From the NCBI GenBank assembly GCA_047616645.1, contig JBLHIH010000001.1, positions 14,775-78,774 on the forward strand: DNA of 64,000 nt, in the 5' to 3' direction. Of this stretch, positions 9,391 through 19,078 are shown piece by piece. A program made the translations under genes and the position numbers. How positions within the stretch are numbered: the first letter of the stretch is position 1; each line of letters starts with the position of its first letter. The notes beneath the pieces were generated by a model. The model was not told the origin of the DNA. It was given only the letters and a program-made list of their open reading frames with translations, and did no database searches. The DNA is from Flavobacterium sp. GTDB lineage: Bacteria > Pseudomonadota > Gammaproteobacteria > Pseudomonadales > Azotimanducaceae.

Positions 9391-9907
9391 TTGTGCAGTT
9401 ATCAATCCCTAAAGGATCGCATTTTGTCCTTTGTTGTCGACAGAAGTATAGTGCTTATTAAGTCTTTCAAAGATATCTATAATGCAAAAAGAAATAGCCA
9501 GTTAGGCATCCTCTTTACAGTGGAAGAAAGTGACATTCAAATAGCTGGGCCTCATCACAATGGTTTAACCAAGTTTGGTGTAGAAGTCGTAAAAGCCATG
9601 AATCAATCTGGCATGATTATCGATTTTGCTAATGCATCTAAGAAAACGGCACTGGAAACTTCATCGAAGTTTTAGATAAAGTAGTGATAATTTCTCGCAC
9701 TGCAATTCAAAGAAAAGGATTTGCTAGCCCCGATTTATTTATCATGATTTAGCAAATCGCGTGGGAAAATCAATGCTTGGCATGCAGGGATAGGCTTGTT
9801 TAATCTAAGTGATTATGTAGATCAAATATTTCACTAGTATATGAAGTCGGCATTGATGATGTGTCCATGAGGAGTGATATGGACGGAAACGAAAAACCTG
9901 TTTTTTG
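9391..9907 (+). pseudogene. decayed membrane dipeptidase (peptidase M19) remnant
   Basis: Three blocks match the intact M19 copy at 23204-24442 but lie in different frames with stops between them. GLTKFGVEVVKAMNQSGMIIDFANAS matches [36 protein letters not shown] matches PVIASHSSVR. DQIFH / EVGIDDVSMRSDMDG matches DHIDHVV..IDHIGIGSDFDG. The catalytic His/Asp positions are replaced. Confidence 0.55.
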
Positions 9908-9944
9908 ATACTAATGTTATAGAATCATTAAGATCTGTCACAGA

Positions 9945-10613
9945 TTAATAGTTAGTGCCCAAGTGATGTCGTACTATTTCACCCTCAACAATAAATATGA
10001 TCTCTTCAGCAATGTTAGTCGCTAGATCCGCAATGCGCTCGAGATATCGAGAAGTCGAAAGTAATTCAACTGCTCGGTTAATTGTACTACTGTCTTTTTC
10101 CATTAAAGATTGCAGCTCTACATACATCAGCCGATTTACCTCGTCGATATCATCATCCATTGCAATTACTTTTCTAGCGATGTTGACGTCTAATTTGACC
10201 AAGGCATCTAGGCTGTCGTGTACCATGGTAATTATGCCTTTTGACATAGTGTTAGTGAATTCTGGAGGGTAAGGAATGGGAGCCTGTTTACTTAGAGAAA
10301 TCGCGCGTTTCGCTGCATTTACCGCAAAATCTCCCATGCGCTCTAGATCATTATTTACTTTCAGTATGACGACGATAAAACGTAAATCAACTGCTACGGG
10401 TTGATGCAAGGCTAGTATTTTTAAACAATTTTCTTCGATCAATACTTCTTTCTGATTAATAAATTTTTCATTTTTAATGACAGACTCTGCGAGTTCTGGT
10501 CGTCGATCTATCAGTGACAATATGGCATTGTTGATGGCGACTTCAACCATATTGCCAAGTTGAAGTATTTCTTTCTTAATCTGGACTAGGTCTCGCTGTA
10601 AATGTAGTGACAT
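9945..10613 (-). CDS. phoU: phosphate signaling complex protein PhoU
   Basis: 222-aa ORF with two PhoU repeats carrying E(R)xGD motifs (LERMGDFAVN, LERIADLATN). Located downstream of pstB. Confidence 0.9.
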   Translation of the reverse strand: MSLHLQRDLVQIKKEILQLGNMVEVAINNAILSLIDRRPELAESVIKNEKFINQKEVLIEENCLKILALHQPVAVDLRFIVVILKVNNDLERMGDFAVNAAKRAISLSKQAPIPYPPEFTNTMSKGIITMVHDSLDALVKLDVNIARKVIAMDDDIDEVNRLMYVELQSLMEKDSSTINRAVELLSTSRYLERIADLATNIAEEIIFIVEGEIVRHHLGTNY

Positions 10614-10637
10614 TAGAATTTCCTTAGTTGTAGTTGC

Positions 10638-11450
10638 TTATCCGAACCGTCCGGTGACATATTCTTCGGTACGTTTTTGCTTGGGTCTCGTGAATATTTG
10701 ATTGGTAATATCGAATTCAATTAAATTTCCCATTTCCATAAAAGCAGTGTAGTCAGATATTCGTGCAGCTTGTTGCATATTGTGTGTGACAATGACGATG
10801 GTATAGTTTGATTTTAATTCAAAAATCAGGTCTTCGATGTGTGAGGTTGAAATTGGATCAAGAGCAGAACAGGGCTCATCCATTAACAATATTTCGGGTG
10901 CCATCGCTAACGCTCTCGCGATACAAAGTCGTTGTTGTTGACCACCTGATAGACTTAAGGCAGAGTCATTTAGTCGATCTTTCACTTCATCCCAAAGTGC
11001 TGCTTGTGTTAGAGAGCGTTCGACTAACTCATCCATTGAGCCTTTATAGCCATTAATGCTTGGTGCCCAGGAAATGTTCTTAAAGATAGATTTAGGAAAA
11101 GGATTGGGTTTTTGAAATACCATGCCAACATGTTTGCGAACCATAACGGGGTCGATTTTTCCGAGCAGGTCCATTCCATTTAAAGAAATCCTACCCTCCA
11201 CAGTGAGGTCATCAACAAAATCATTCATCCTATTTAGTGAACGCAATAAAGTACTTTTTCCGCAACCTGATGGCCCGATAATCGCTGTCACCTTATTCTT
11301 AAGAATTTTAAATGAAACATTCTTAACCGCAGGTTTACCTGAGTAACTAATAGTCAGATTTTCTAAGTTCATTGCGCAATGGGTTTCTACGTCCCAAGAT
11401 TCCGAGGACTCAATTCCTGGAACACCGCTAATTTCGGTAATATTTGTCAT
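10638..11450 (-). CDS. pstB: phosphate ABC transporter ATP-binding protein
   Basis: 270-aa ORF. Walker [10 protein letters not shown], signature LSGGQQQR, Walker B ILLMDEP. Confidence 0.95.
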   Translation of the reverse strand: MTNITEISGVPGIESSESWDVETHCAMNLENLTISYSGKPAVKNVSFKILKNKVTAIIGPSGCGKSTLLRSLNRMNDFVDDLTVEGRISLNGMDLLGKIDPVMVRKHVGMVFQKPNPFPKSIFKNISWAPSINGYKGSMDELVERSLTQAALWDEVKDRLNDSALSLSGGQQQRLCIARALAMAPEILLMDEPCSALDPISTSHIEDLIFELKSNYTIVIVTHNMQQAARISDYTAFMEMGNLIEFDITNQIFTRPKQKRTEEYVTGRFG

Positions 11451-12340
11451 TTAAATTTTTGCTCCGTTTTGTAACGAATGAAAATGGCAGTTGCATTCAT
11501 TGCAAGTAGTACACCTAGTAAAACAATAATTGCGGCTGCAGCAAGTTCATGAAATTCCTGTTGGGGCCGAGAAACCCAATTGTAAATTTGAATGGGAAGT
11601 GCCGTAAAAGAGTCCATAGGACCCTCTGGTAAAAATGCAATGTAGGTCAAGGCTCCAATCATAATGAGGGGCGCGGTTTCACCTATCGCTCTGGAAAGTG
11701 CTAGAATCACACCGGTTAATATACCCGGAAATGATGCTGGCAATACGTGTGCCCAAGCGGTTTGCCATGGTGTTGCACCTAGCGCAAATGCTGCGTAACG
11801 AATACTATTGGGAACAGTTTTTATTGCTTCTCGACTGGCAATAATGATAACCGGCAAGATGAGAAGGCTCATCGTTAAGGCGCCAGACACTAATGAACGT
11901 TCAAGCGCGAGTCCACGTACAAAAATGGCGAGGCCAATAATGCCGTATACGATAGAAGGCACACCAGCCAAATTGGAGATGTTAAGGCTAATCATTCTGT
12001 GCATGCGTCCTTTTTTGCTAAACTCTTCAAGGTAAAGTGCAGTTGCGACACCTAAGGGAATTGCAATCATAATTAGCATACCAATAAGCCAAAGTGTTCC
12101 GACGAGTGCCGATTTAATACCGGCTTTGTAAGGAAACCTTGAAGGAAAGCTAGTTAAGAACTGACTGTCTAACCATCTATATCCATCTGCAAAAATTTGA
12201 TAGAAGAGAACAGCCAGTAATGCTATGCCTAACCAGGTAACAAGAGCGCAAAAGTACGAAAATAACAATGCTTTTCTATTTCGGTAGATGAGCGCAGCAG
12301 CATCCTGAGGATAATTATTTTGGATTAGTTTATTCATCAT
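11447..12340 (-). CDS. pstA: phosphate ABC transporter permease PstA
   Basis: 297-aa polytopic membrane ORF with the EAA-type loop ([12 protein letters not shown]). Overlaps the pstB start and pstC stop. Confidence 0.9.
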   Translation of the reverse strand: MMNKLIQNNYPQDAAALIYRNRKALLFSYFCALVTWLGIALLAVLFYQIFADGYRWLDSQFLTSFPSRFPYKAGIKSALVGTLWLIGMLIMIAIPLGVATALYLEEFSKKGRMHRMISLNISNLAGVPSIVYGIIGLAIFVRGLALERSLVSGALTMSLLILPVIIIASREAIKTVPNSIRYAAFALGATPWQTAWAHVLPASFPGILTGVILALSRAIGETAPLIMIGALTYIAFLPEGPMDSFTALPIQIYNWVSRPQQEFHELAAAAIIVLLGVLLAMNATAIFIRYKTEQKFK

Positions 12341-13256
12341 ATTTTTCCTGATATCGCTTTAGCACCCATTGTGAGAGTAAGTTGAGCATCAGTGTGATTA
12401 AAAATAATAGACCTGCAACAGCGAATAAAGTTTTGTATGCAATGCCACCTGCCGGCGTATCTCCTAAACTGATTTGAACGATAAAGGCTGTCATGGTCTG
12501 TATGCTCTCCAAGAATGTAAGTGAGAGATTGGGTGTTGCTCCAGCTGCAAGGGTGACAGCCATTGTTTCTCCTATAGCACGAGATATCGCCAGTAAGAAC
12601 GAGGCTAATATTCCGGATAAGCCAGCTGGCACCACTATTTTTGTGGTCACTTCGTAAGAAGTTGCGCCTAGAGCAAAGGCTCCGTCTCGAAGGCTATTAG
12701 GAACTGCACGCAAGGCGTTATCACTGAGTGTCGCGATCATTGGAAGGATCATAATACCGACGACAATAGCGCCGCTTAAGGCATTGAAAACCTGTATCGT
12801 TGGGAATACTAACTTGAGTAGTGGGGTCACAAAGGTTAGAGCAAAGTAACCATACACTACTGTTGGAATACCAGCGAGTAACTCTAATATGGGTTTTACA
12901 ATTGACCGCATTCTATCGGATGCATATTCACTTAAGTAAATAGCGCTTGAGAGTCCTATGGGTATCGCGATTAAGGCAGCGCCGATCGTGATTAACATTG
13001 TCCCCCAGACAAGAGGAAGTACACCGTAGGATGTTGGCTCAAGTAATGGTACCCACCTAGTACCGAGTATGAAATCACTTACAGGTACTTGATCAAAAAA
13101 TCCAAGAGATTCTTTGCCTAGTATCACAATTATTACAAAGGTGGTGAATACTGAAATTAGTGTACAGAATCCCAAACTCGTAATAATTAGGGTTTCACCC
13201 CATTTACGATTAGCGGGGGTCGTGATGTTATTATTTGTCATTAAGGTAACACCCAT
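12330..13256 (-). CDS. pstC: phosphate ABC transporter permease PstC
   Basis: 308-aa polytopic membrane ORF with [12 protein letters not shown] loop. Lies between pstS and pstA. Confidence 0.9.
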   Translation of the reverse strand: MGVTLMTNNNITTPANRKWGETLIITSLGFCTLISVFTTFVIIVILGKESLGFFDQVPVSDFILGTRWVPLLEPTSYGVLPLVWGTMLITIGAALIAIPIGLSSAIYLSEYASDRMRSIVKPILELLAGIPTVVYGYFALTFVTPLLKLVFPTIQVFNALSGAIVVGIMILPMIATLSDNALRAVPNSLRDGAFALGATSYEVTTKIVVPAGLSGILASFLLAISRAIGETMAVTLAAGATPNLSLTFLESIQTMTAFIVQISLGDTPAGGIAYKTLFAVAGLLFLITLMLNLLSQWVLKRYQEKYDE

Positions 13257-13260
13257 TATT

Positions 13261-14253
13261 TTACTTGTTTACGAGATCTAAGAGGTTGGGTGCATTAATT
13301 GATGCCGGAGAATCTTTAATAGTGTTGTAAGCGGTTCCTGTTTCTAAAGTTAATATCCGTTTCATCGCACCTTCATACACCTTGTCAGGTAAAGGGATAT
13401 ATCCAACTTCGGAGGCGAGTACACCGGCATTAGAAAGATAAAACCTTACAAAAGTATTTACTTCAGGGCGCTTCATGGAATTTTTATTAACATAAATAAA
13501 GATTGGTCGTGAGAGAGGGGCATAACTACCATTGTTTATAGTGAGTGGGCTCGGTTCGATAGGTCCCTTGCCCCCATCAATCGGAACCAGTTTTAATTTG
13601 TTCATGTTTGATGCGTAATAAGCGAAGCCAAAATAGCCTAGTGAACTGACATCTCCAGCAATGCCTTGAACCAAAGTATTATCATCTTCACTAGCGGTAT
13701 AGTCTGGTCGTGATCTACCAGATTTTCCGTTTACAGTTTCTGTGAAATAGTCGAAGGTACCGGAATCTGTTCCTGGTCCGTACAAGCGAATTTCTTTTTT
13801 TGGCCAGTTAGATCTTACGTCACTCCAGAATTTTACAGTACTTGCTGGCTTCCAGATCTGGTGTAATTCGGAAACGGTCAGATAATCGACCCAATCATTA
13901 TTTTTGTTAACTACGACGGATAATCCGTCATAGGCAATTGGCAATTCTAAGAACGCTACATTGTCTCGAATGGCTGTCGTCAATTCTTGCGCTTTTATGG
14001 TTCTGGAAGCATCGTTAATATCAATTTCGCCGATGAGAAATTTTTTGAATCCTCCTCCGGTTCCAGATACACCCACTGTGACTCTCACGCTAGGCTGTAC
14101 TGCCAAAAATTCTTCAGCAACAGCCTCGCTAATTGGAAAAACTGTACTGGAACCATCCAGTGAAACAGTCCCTTTTAAACGTTCAGTAGCGGTACTTGTG
14201 TTGGCGACAAAAACCAAGGCAATGACTAAAAATATTGTCTTTTTCATATTCAT
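13261..14253 (-). CDS. pstS: phosphate ABC transporter substrate-binding protein
   Basis: 330-aa ORF with a signal peptide. GSSTVFP, SGTGGG and DASR blocks typical of PstS-family binding proteins. Confidence 0.9.
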   Translation of the reverse strand: MNMKKTIFLVIALVFVANTSTATERLKGTVSLDGSSTVFPISEAVAEEFLAVQPSVRVTVGVSGTGGGFKKFLIGEIDINDASRTIKAQELTTAIRDNVAFLELPIAYDGLSVVVNKNNDWVDYLTVSELHQIWKPASTVKFWSDVRSNWPKKEIRLYGPGTDSGTFDYFTETVNGKSGRSRPDYTASEDDNTLVQGIAGDVSSLGYFGFAYYASNMNKLKLVPIDGGKGPIEPSPLTINNGSYAPLSRPIFIYVNKNSMKRPEVNTFVRFYLSNAGVLASEVGYIPLPDKVYEGAMKRILTLETGTAYNTIKDSPASINAPNLLDLVNK

Positions 14254-14292
14254 ACTCTATGTGAGATAACAAACCGGATTATCCACAGCATT

Positions 14293-14320
14293 TGTTAAAA
14301 TATGATTAAGGTTGGGTTAA
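14293..14320 (-). promoter_or_regulatory. Pho-box-like array: three 6-nt direct repeats at 11-bp spacing upstream of pstS
   Basis: The minus strand reads TTAACC-caacc-TTAATC-atatt-TTAACA. After 9 nt comes a GATAAT -10-like hexamer (14278-14283), about 25 nt upstream of the pstS ATG. Confidence 0.35.
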
Positions 14321-14378
14321 TTTAGTTTGGATTAGTTTTAAAAGAGTGATGAAGGAAGAAGATCGAAAAACGAAGGCC

Positions 14379-16190
14379 TTAAGCTAGTGGCATGTGGACA
14401 GTAAAAATTGAACCACGGCCAAGCTGACTTTCGACGGCAACTGATCCACCATGTTGTTGAGCAATGTTTTTAACAATGGCTAAGCCAAGTCCTGTTCCAC
14501 CGAGTTCTCGAGATCGTGCTTTGTCTACTCTATAGAATCTTTCGAAAACTCTGTTCTGTTCTGATTGAGAAATTCCGATTCCTGTGTCCGATATCTGAAA
14601 ACTTACGAAGTCTTTTTCACTCATTAAGGATACGGTTATTTTGCCGTGAGGCGGTGTGTACTTGATTGCATTGTCCATGAGATTGTCAACTAGCTGGCTC
14701 AATGCTTGAACGTCTCCTTTAATCTGCAGTCGCTCGGTAGTGCAATTTTTTTGTATCAAAGCTAAATGTTTGTCTACACAATTTACTAGAGCACCTTCGA
14801 TAGTACGTTCAACAACTTCAGTGAAATTGACAAGTTGAAAATTATCGGCATCCGGATCTGATTCCAAACGAGATAAGCTTAATAAATCGGTAATCAGGCT
14901 TGCTAATCGATTACTTTGAATACCAATTTTTTGTATGAAGTTTCGCAATGTTTCTATTGGCATCGATTTGTCATCTAAAATAGTTTCTGCCAACCCTTTT
15001 ATTGCAGTGATGGGTGTTTTAAGTTCATGTGATGCATTAGCAACAAAATCGCGACGTATTCTCCTTAATAAATCTAGTTTTGAGATGTCATTTAGAACGA
15101 TGACGGCACCGTTGAGCTTTTGCTGACTATCTAACAAAACGGCAACGTAAATATTTACAACAAGATCTTCTCCCTCAGTTGGTCTTCTCATTTGTGATTC
15201 AACAACAGTCCCAGTCTTTAACGCTCGTTCTAAGGAGATATTTATTTCCTGGATTCTTACTTGCTCCCAAATAGCTTTATTTAAGCTGCTTGCAATTGAG
15301 AGTCCGAGCATATCCGCTGCTGCGTTGTTGATATGAACTATGTTTTGCTCTTCATCTACGCCAACTACACCCTCAACCATACCTGTTAGTATCATCGCAA
15401 GACTGTTTCTGTCTTTGGTGATTTCTTCCATTCTATGGGAGGAGGCGGCGGCCATTCTGTTAAAAGCTTTGGCTAGTTGACCTATCTCGTCATTTTGCTT
15501 ATGTATAATTCTTTTGTCGTACTCACCTCTTGAAATCGCCTCTGCAATTTCGGTTAATTTAATCAAGGGTTGAGTAAAACTCTTTGCAATATAGAACCCG
15601 AGGGCCAAGGCAATAAGACTGGCGAATAGCCCGCTAAGTACGATTATATTTTGTAATTGCGTTAATTTTTTTTCGATTGTGACACTAGGTAGGGAAACTC
15701 GAACATAGCCCAGAAGATTCTCTTGTTCGATGACTGATTGCGCACGATAAATCATTTCTAATTTCAGTGTATTGCTGAACCTTGCACTAGTACCTGCACC
15801 TGTTTGTCTTGCTTGTATAATCTCGGGTCTTTTACTGTGATTATCCATTATTTCAGGTCGTTCTTGAGAGTCAGCAATTACAACACCGTTTTGACCTATG
15901 ACGGTTAAGCGACTATCTGTTTTATGGCCGAGTGTGCTAACGATCTCTTGTAACATTTGATCGGTATTGATTTTTGATAGATTATTCTTTTGGGCGGAGC
16001 GCTGATTAGCGAGTACAGGCAGGGCAATTTGGGATAAGTATTCAGTACGGGCTTCTAGGTTTTGATTTATCTCTTCAATACCGTTTTCTGCCATTTGCTT
16101 GTTTATTAGTACACCGATAATAATGGTCGTAATAATAATGATAAGGACATAGCCAGCATAGAGGCGCCAAAGTATTTGGGATGTAAACAT
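14379..16190 (-). CDS. phoR: phosphate-regulon sensor histidine kinase (PhoR-like; TM-periplasmic domain-TM-HAMP-PAS-HisKA-HATPase)
   Basis: 603-aa ORF. H-box FVANASHELKTPITAI, N/G boxes (DNAIKYT, DTGIGI, GGTGLGLAIV). Immediately downstream of phoB. Confidence 0.8.
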   Translation of the reverse strand: MFTSQILWRLYAGYVLIIIITTIIIGVLINKQMAENGIEEINQNLEARTEYLSQIALPVLANQRSAQKNNLSKINTDQMLQEIVSTLGHKTDSRLTVIGQNGVVIADSQERPEIMDNHSKRPEIIQARQTGAGTSARFSNTLKLEMIYRAQSVIEQENLLGYVRVSLPSVTIEKKLTQLQNIIVLSGLFASLIALALGFYIAKSFTQPLIKLTEIAEAISRGEYDKRIIHKQNDEIGQLAKAFNRMAAASSHRMEEITKDRNSLAMILTGMVEGVVGVDEEQNIVHINNAAADMLGLSIASSLNKAIWEQVRIQEINISLERALKTGTVVESQMRRPTEGEDLVVNIYVAVLLDSQQKLNGAVIVLNDISKLDLLRRIRRDFVANASHELKTPITAIKGLAETILDDKSMPIETLRNFIQKIGIQSNRLASLITDLLSLSRLESDPDADNFQLVNFTEVVERTIEGALVNCVDKHLALIQKNCTTERLQIKGDVQALSQLVDNLMDNAIKYTPPHGKITVSLMSEKDFVSFQISDTGIGISQSEQNRVFERFYRVDKARSRELGGTGLGLAIVKNIAQQHGGSVAVESQLGRGSIFTVHMPLA

Positions 16191-16192
16191 TT

Positions 16193-16879
16193 TTAGATAT
16201 TTGCTTCCTTGAAGCGGTACCCCACACCGCGTATTGTTTCTATTTGTTCTTCTCCGATTTTTTTCCTGATTGAGCGAATATGGACATCAATATTTCGATC
16301 CACCACAATGACATCATTTCCAAGAACATCATCTAATATTTGGTCTCTCGAGAATACTTGACCCGGACTGGCTGCAAGTTTGCTTAGTAATCTAAACTCA
16401 GTGGCAGTGACTTTTATATCTTGATTATCAAAAGTTACTTGGTGTTTTAAGGTGTTAATGTGCAATTCTCCCGCTGTAATGGTGTCCTTGTTATTAATCT
16501 TCAGTGGTCCTCGTCGCAATGTAGCCTTGACTCTAGCGATTAACTCTCGAGGACTGAATGGTTTGGTAATATAGTCATCTGCCCCAAGCCCAAGACCCAA
16601 AATAATATCACTTTCTTCACCCTTGGCAGTGAGCATGATGATAGGTATCGAAGCGGTTCTAGTTTGTTTTTTTAAACGTTGACATATTTCCAAGCCATCG
16701 ACGCCTGGTAGCATTAGGTCTAATATGACCAGAGAGGGTAGTTCATCTTGTATGAGTTTAAGTCCTAATGAACCGTCGAGAGAGGTGAGAACATGATAGT
16801 TCTCCCTTTCTAAATTGTATTTTAATATTTCGAGAATATCCGGTTCGTCTTCGACGATGACTATCTTGGGTCCGCTCAT
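16193..16879 (-). CDS. phoB: phosphate-regulon response regulator (OmpR/PhoB family)
   Basis: 228-aa ORF. Receiver domain (IVEDEPDI ... DLMLPGVDG ... LTAKG) plus winged-helix C-terminus (RGVGYRF). Confidence 0.85.
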   Translation of the reverse strand: MSGPKIVIVEDEPDILEILKYNLERENYHVLTSLDGSLGLKLIQDELPSLVILDLMLPGVDGLEICQRLKKQTRTASIPIIMLTAKGEESDIILGLGLGADDYITKPFSPRELIARVKATLRRGPLKINNKDTITAGELHINTLKHQVTFDNQDIKVTATEFRLLSKLAASPGQVFSRDQILDDVLGNDVIVVDRNIDVHIRSIRKKIGEEQIETIRGVGYRFKEANI

Positions 16880-16924
16880 AAAATTTGGTTTGAAATTTGA
16901 GAATCCAAAAGACTAGCACGCGTT

Positions 16925-16941
16925 TATTAAGAAGTGATAAA
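16925..16941 (-). promoter_or_regulatory. possible Pho-box-like pair upstream of phoB
   Basis: The minus strand reads TTTATC-acttc-TTAATA, then 9 nt, then TAGTCT (16910-16915). The repeat spacing and the distance to the -10 are the same as upstream of pstS. Confidence 0.25.
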
Positions 16942-16967
16942 GATTGTTTGGCTTAGGAATAATAAAC

Positions 16968-17546
16968 TTACCTATTTGCCATCGATTTCGCGCGCTCCAA
17001 TATCATATCCCAAGGTGGTCGCGCCCTATAACCTTCTTCCGCAAATTTCTCAACAATTATGCCCTTGTCATCCACTAGGAATATGCCAGGGTAGGGTATG
17101 CCATAGGCGCGGTGACCTGGTTCATAATCTTTATTCAATATCCCAAACCGAATGACATGTTGGGCATCGACATCTGAAAGGAGGGGGAATTTAATACCTT
17201 CCTTTTTCGCGAATTTCACGATGTCGGCATTCTTATCGTAAGTCATGCTGACGGCCTTAATACCCAATTTTTCAAAATCTTTTTCAAATTTAGACAACTG
17301 CACGAGTTGTTTTTGGCAGAATGGTCACCAGACAATTGAGCGGTTAAAGAGGAGTAAATATCCCTTCTTACCGCTTAAGGATTGATTGTTCCAGTGTTTG
17401 CCATTTTGATCTATGGTATTAATCTCTGGAACTGTCTGTCCGATAGCAATTTCAGGTGCCCAATCATCTGCGATTACATTAGTTGTCAACAGCAGTGCGA
17501 TAAGGGGCAACAAAATCTTATAGTTGTTAAGCTTTATCATCATCAT
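16968..17546 (-). CDS. secreted AhpC/TSA-redoxin (Prx-like/thioredoxin-fold) protein with in-frame TGA in a UxxC motif; candidate selenoprotein
   Basis: Two same-frame ORFs are separated by a single TGA (17327-17325). Read-through gives a 192-aa protein with a signal peptide: ...GKKGYLLLFNRSIVW-U-PFCQKQLVQLSKFEKDFEKLGIKAVSMTYD...FPLLSD...GIPYPGIFLVDDKG. The TGA occupies the first Cys position of WCxxC. Confidence 0.7.
17285..17315 (-). other. SECIS-like stem-loop downstream of the in-frame UGA
   Basis: The mRNA reads UGA-CCAUUCUGC-CAAAAACAACUCGUGCAGUUGUCUAAAUUUG. Upper stem is ACAAC(U)/(A)GUUGU with a G/U-containing apical loop (CGUGC). Lower stem is CAAA/UUUG. The upper stem starts 14 nt after the UGA. 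Confidence 0.4.
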
Positions 17547-17685
17547 TCGGTTTTTATCCTATTAAAGAAAGAATGCACTAGGAAGACCATCGTCATTTGC
17601 AGTTAATTACATCCAATTAGCGTATATTTCTGATCTTGGCTGTATCCTAGTCTAAACAAAAATTAACAAGTGAATATCGATCAGG

Positions 17686-18165
17686 GTGTTACAACTCCAA
17701 ATAGTACCATTAACTAAAGTGCATGCTCTAGATATCTTCCGGTGGCGCTACCCTGTGCCCTATGATTTTTATGATCCACCAGATTCTGTGGACCCAGCAC
17801 TTTTTCTTGACCCAGATGTTCAATTCCATAGCCTCTTGGATTCAAATTTAGCCTTTATTGGTTTTTGTTCCTTTGGCCCTGATGGCCAGGTAAGCGGGGG
17901 TGATTATTCTGTGCCAGCGCTAGACATAGGACTTGGAATGAAACCATCGCTGACAGGACAGGGTCATGGCGATGCGTTTTTTAAGGTTATTCTGAATTTC
18001 GCGATTAAAAGCTATGAATGTGACTTAATCAGATTAACCGTGGCGGATTTTAATCAGAGAGCAATGATTTTGTATAAAAAAGTCGGATTTAAAGAACGAC
18101 AAAACTTTATCAACCCGAATAACGCGATGCCCTATACAGTTCTGACGCTTAATATCCGGTCATAG
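17686..18165 (+). CDS. GNAT family N-acetyltransferase
   Basis: 159-aa ORF with a GTG start. Acetyl-CoA-binding-like segment (LTGQGHGDAF) and C-terminal YKKVGFKE block typical of GNAT proteins. Confidence 0.65.
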   Translation: MLQLQIVPLTKVHALDIFRWRYPVPYDFYDPPDSVDPALFLDPDVQFHSLLDSNLAFIGFCSFGPDGQVSGGDYSVPALDIGLGMKPSLTGQGHGDAFFKVILNFAIKSYECDLIRLTVADFNQRAMILYKKVGFKERQNFINPNNAMPYTVLTLNIRS

Positions 18166-18250
18166 TCGCCAATTGGACTTGTTTGAAGGACGTAATATGG
18201 CTAATCTGACACTTCACCTTCAATTTACTTTCAATTAAGGGTAGCTAGAA

Positions 18251-19078
18251 TTGTCTGACTTCATCGACAAAGTAGTCGTGGTTACGGGCGCAGGCCGGGG
18301 TTTGGGGCGATCCCATGCTATTGAATTTGCTAAAAGAGGAGCAAAGGTTGTCGTTAATGACCTCGGCGGCGCTGTTGATGGTACGGGATCAGGTAATACC
18401 GCGCAAGCTGTGGTTGACGAGATTATCCAACTGGGTGGTAAGGCGATTGCCAATACCGATTCTGTGGCAGAAGTAGAAGGTGCTCAAAAAATTATTGATT
18501 CCGCAGTCAGTCATTACGGTACTGTTGATATTTTGGTCAATAATGCAGGAATCTTGCGAGATAAGACCTTCCTAAATATATCTAAAGAAAACTTTAAAGC
18601 TGTACTTGATGTCCATCTAATGGGTGCTGTCTATGTTACGAGTGCAGCATGGCCAGTGATGGCCAAAAAAGGATATGGCAGAATTGTCTTCACCAGCTCT
18701 GAATCAGGCATATTCGGTAACTTTGGACAATCAAACTACGCTACTGCAAAGATGGGGCTTGTCGGGTTAATGAATGTACTGAAATTAGAAGGGGCACGCA
18801 AAGGTATATTCACAAACTGCCTAGCCCCTGGCGCAAGAACACGAATGACTGAATCATTACCGGATCAAAATAATGGCGTTCCAGAACAGGTGAGTCCTGC
18901 CGTATTGTATTTGTGCTCTGAGGACGCTCCTAATGGCATCATTCTTCAGGCTTCTGGTGGACGTTTTTCTATTCTAAAAATGTGCCATGGCGAAAGTGTC
19001 GACCTAGGTGAATTTGTTGATTATGAAACCTTTGTTCAACATGCAGATCAAATAATCTCTTCGGATATGATTAGTTAG
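18251..19078 (+). CDS. SDR family oxidoreductase (MFE-2/3-hydroxyacyl-CoA dehydrogenase-like)
   Basis: 275-aa ORF with a TTG start. TGAGRGLG cofactor motif, NNAG, catalytic S...YxxxK (SNYATAKMG). Confidence 0.85.
   Translation: MSDFIDKVVVVTGAGRGLGRSHAIEFAKRGAKVVVNDLGGAVDGTGSGNTAQAVVDEIIQLGGKAIANTDSVAEVEGAQKIIDSAVSHYGTVDILVNNAGILRDKTFLNISKENFKAVLDVHLMGAVYVTSAAWPVMAKKGYGRIVFTSSESGIFGNFGQSNYATAKMGLVGLMNVLKLEGARKGIFTNCLAPGARTRMTESLPDQNNGVPEQVSPAVLYLCSEDAPNGIILQASGGRFSILKMCHGESVDLGEFVDYETFVQHADQIISSDMIS

Noticed and set aside
9391-9675. 94-aa ORF as a real small gene.
   Set aside because: It is the longest open piece of an M19 dipeptidase remnant with lost catalytic residues and further homologous fragments downstream in other frames. 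I called it a pseudogene instead.
16934-17155. 73-aa plus-strand ORF overlapping the 3' half of the redoxin gene.
   Set aside because: It is antisense to a sequence with clear thioredoxin-fold homology and has no features of its own.
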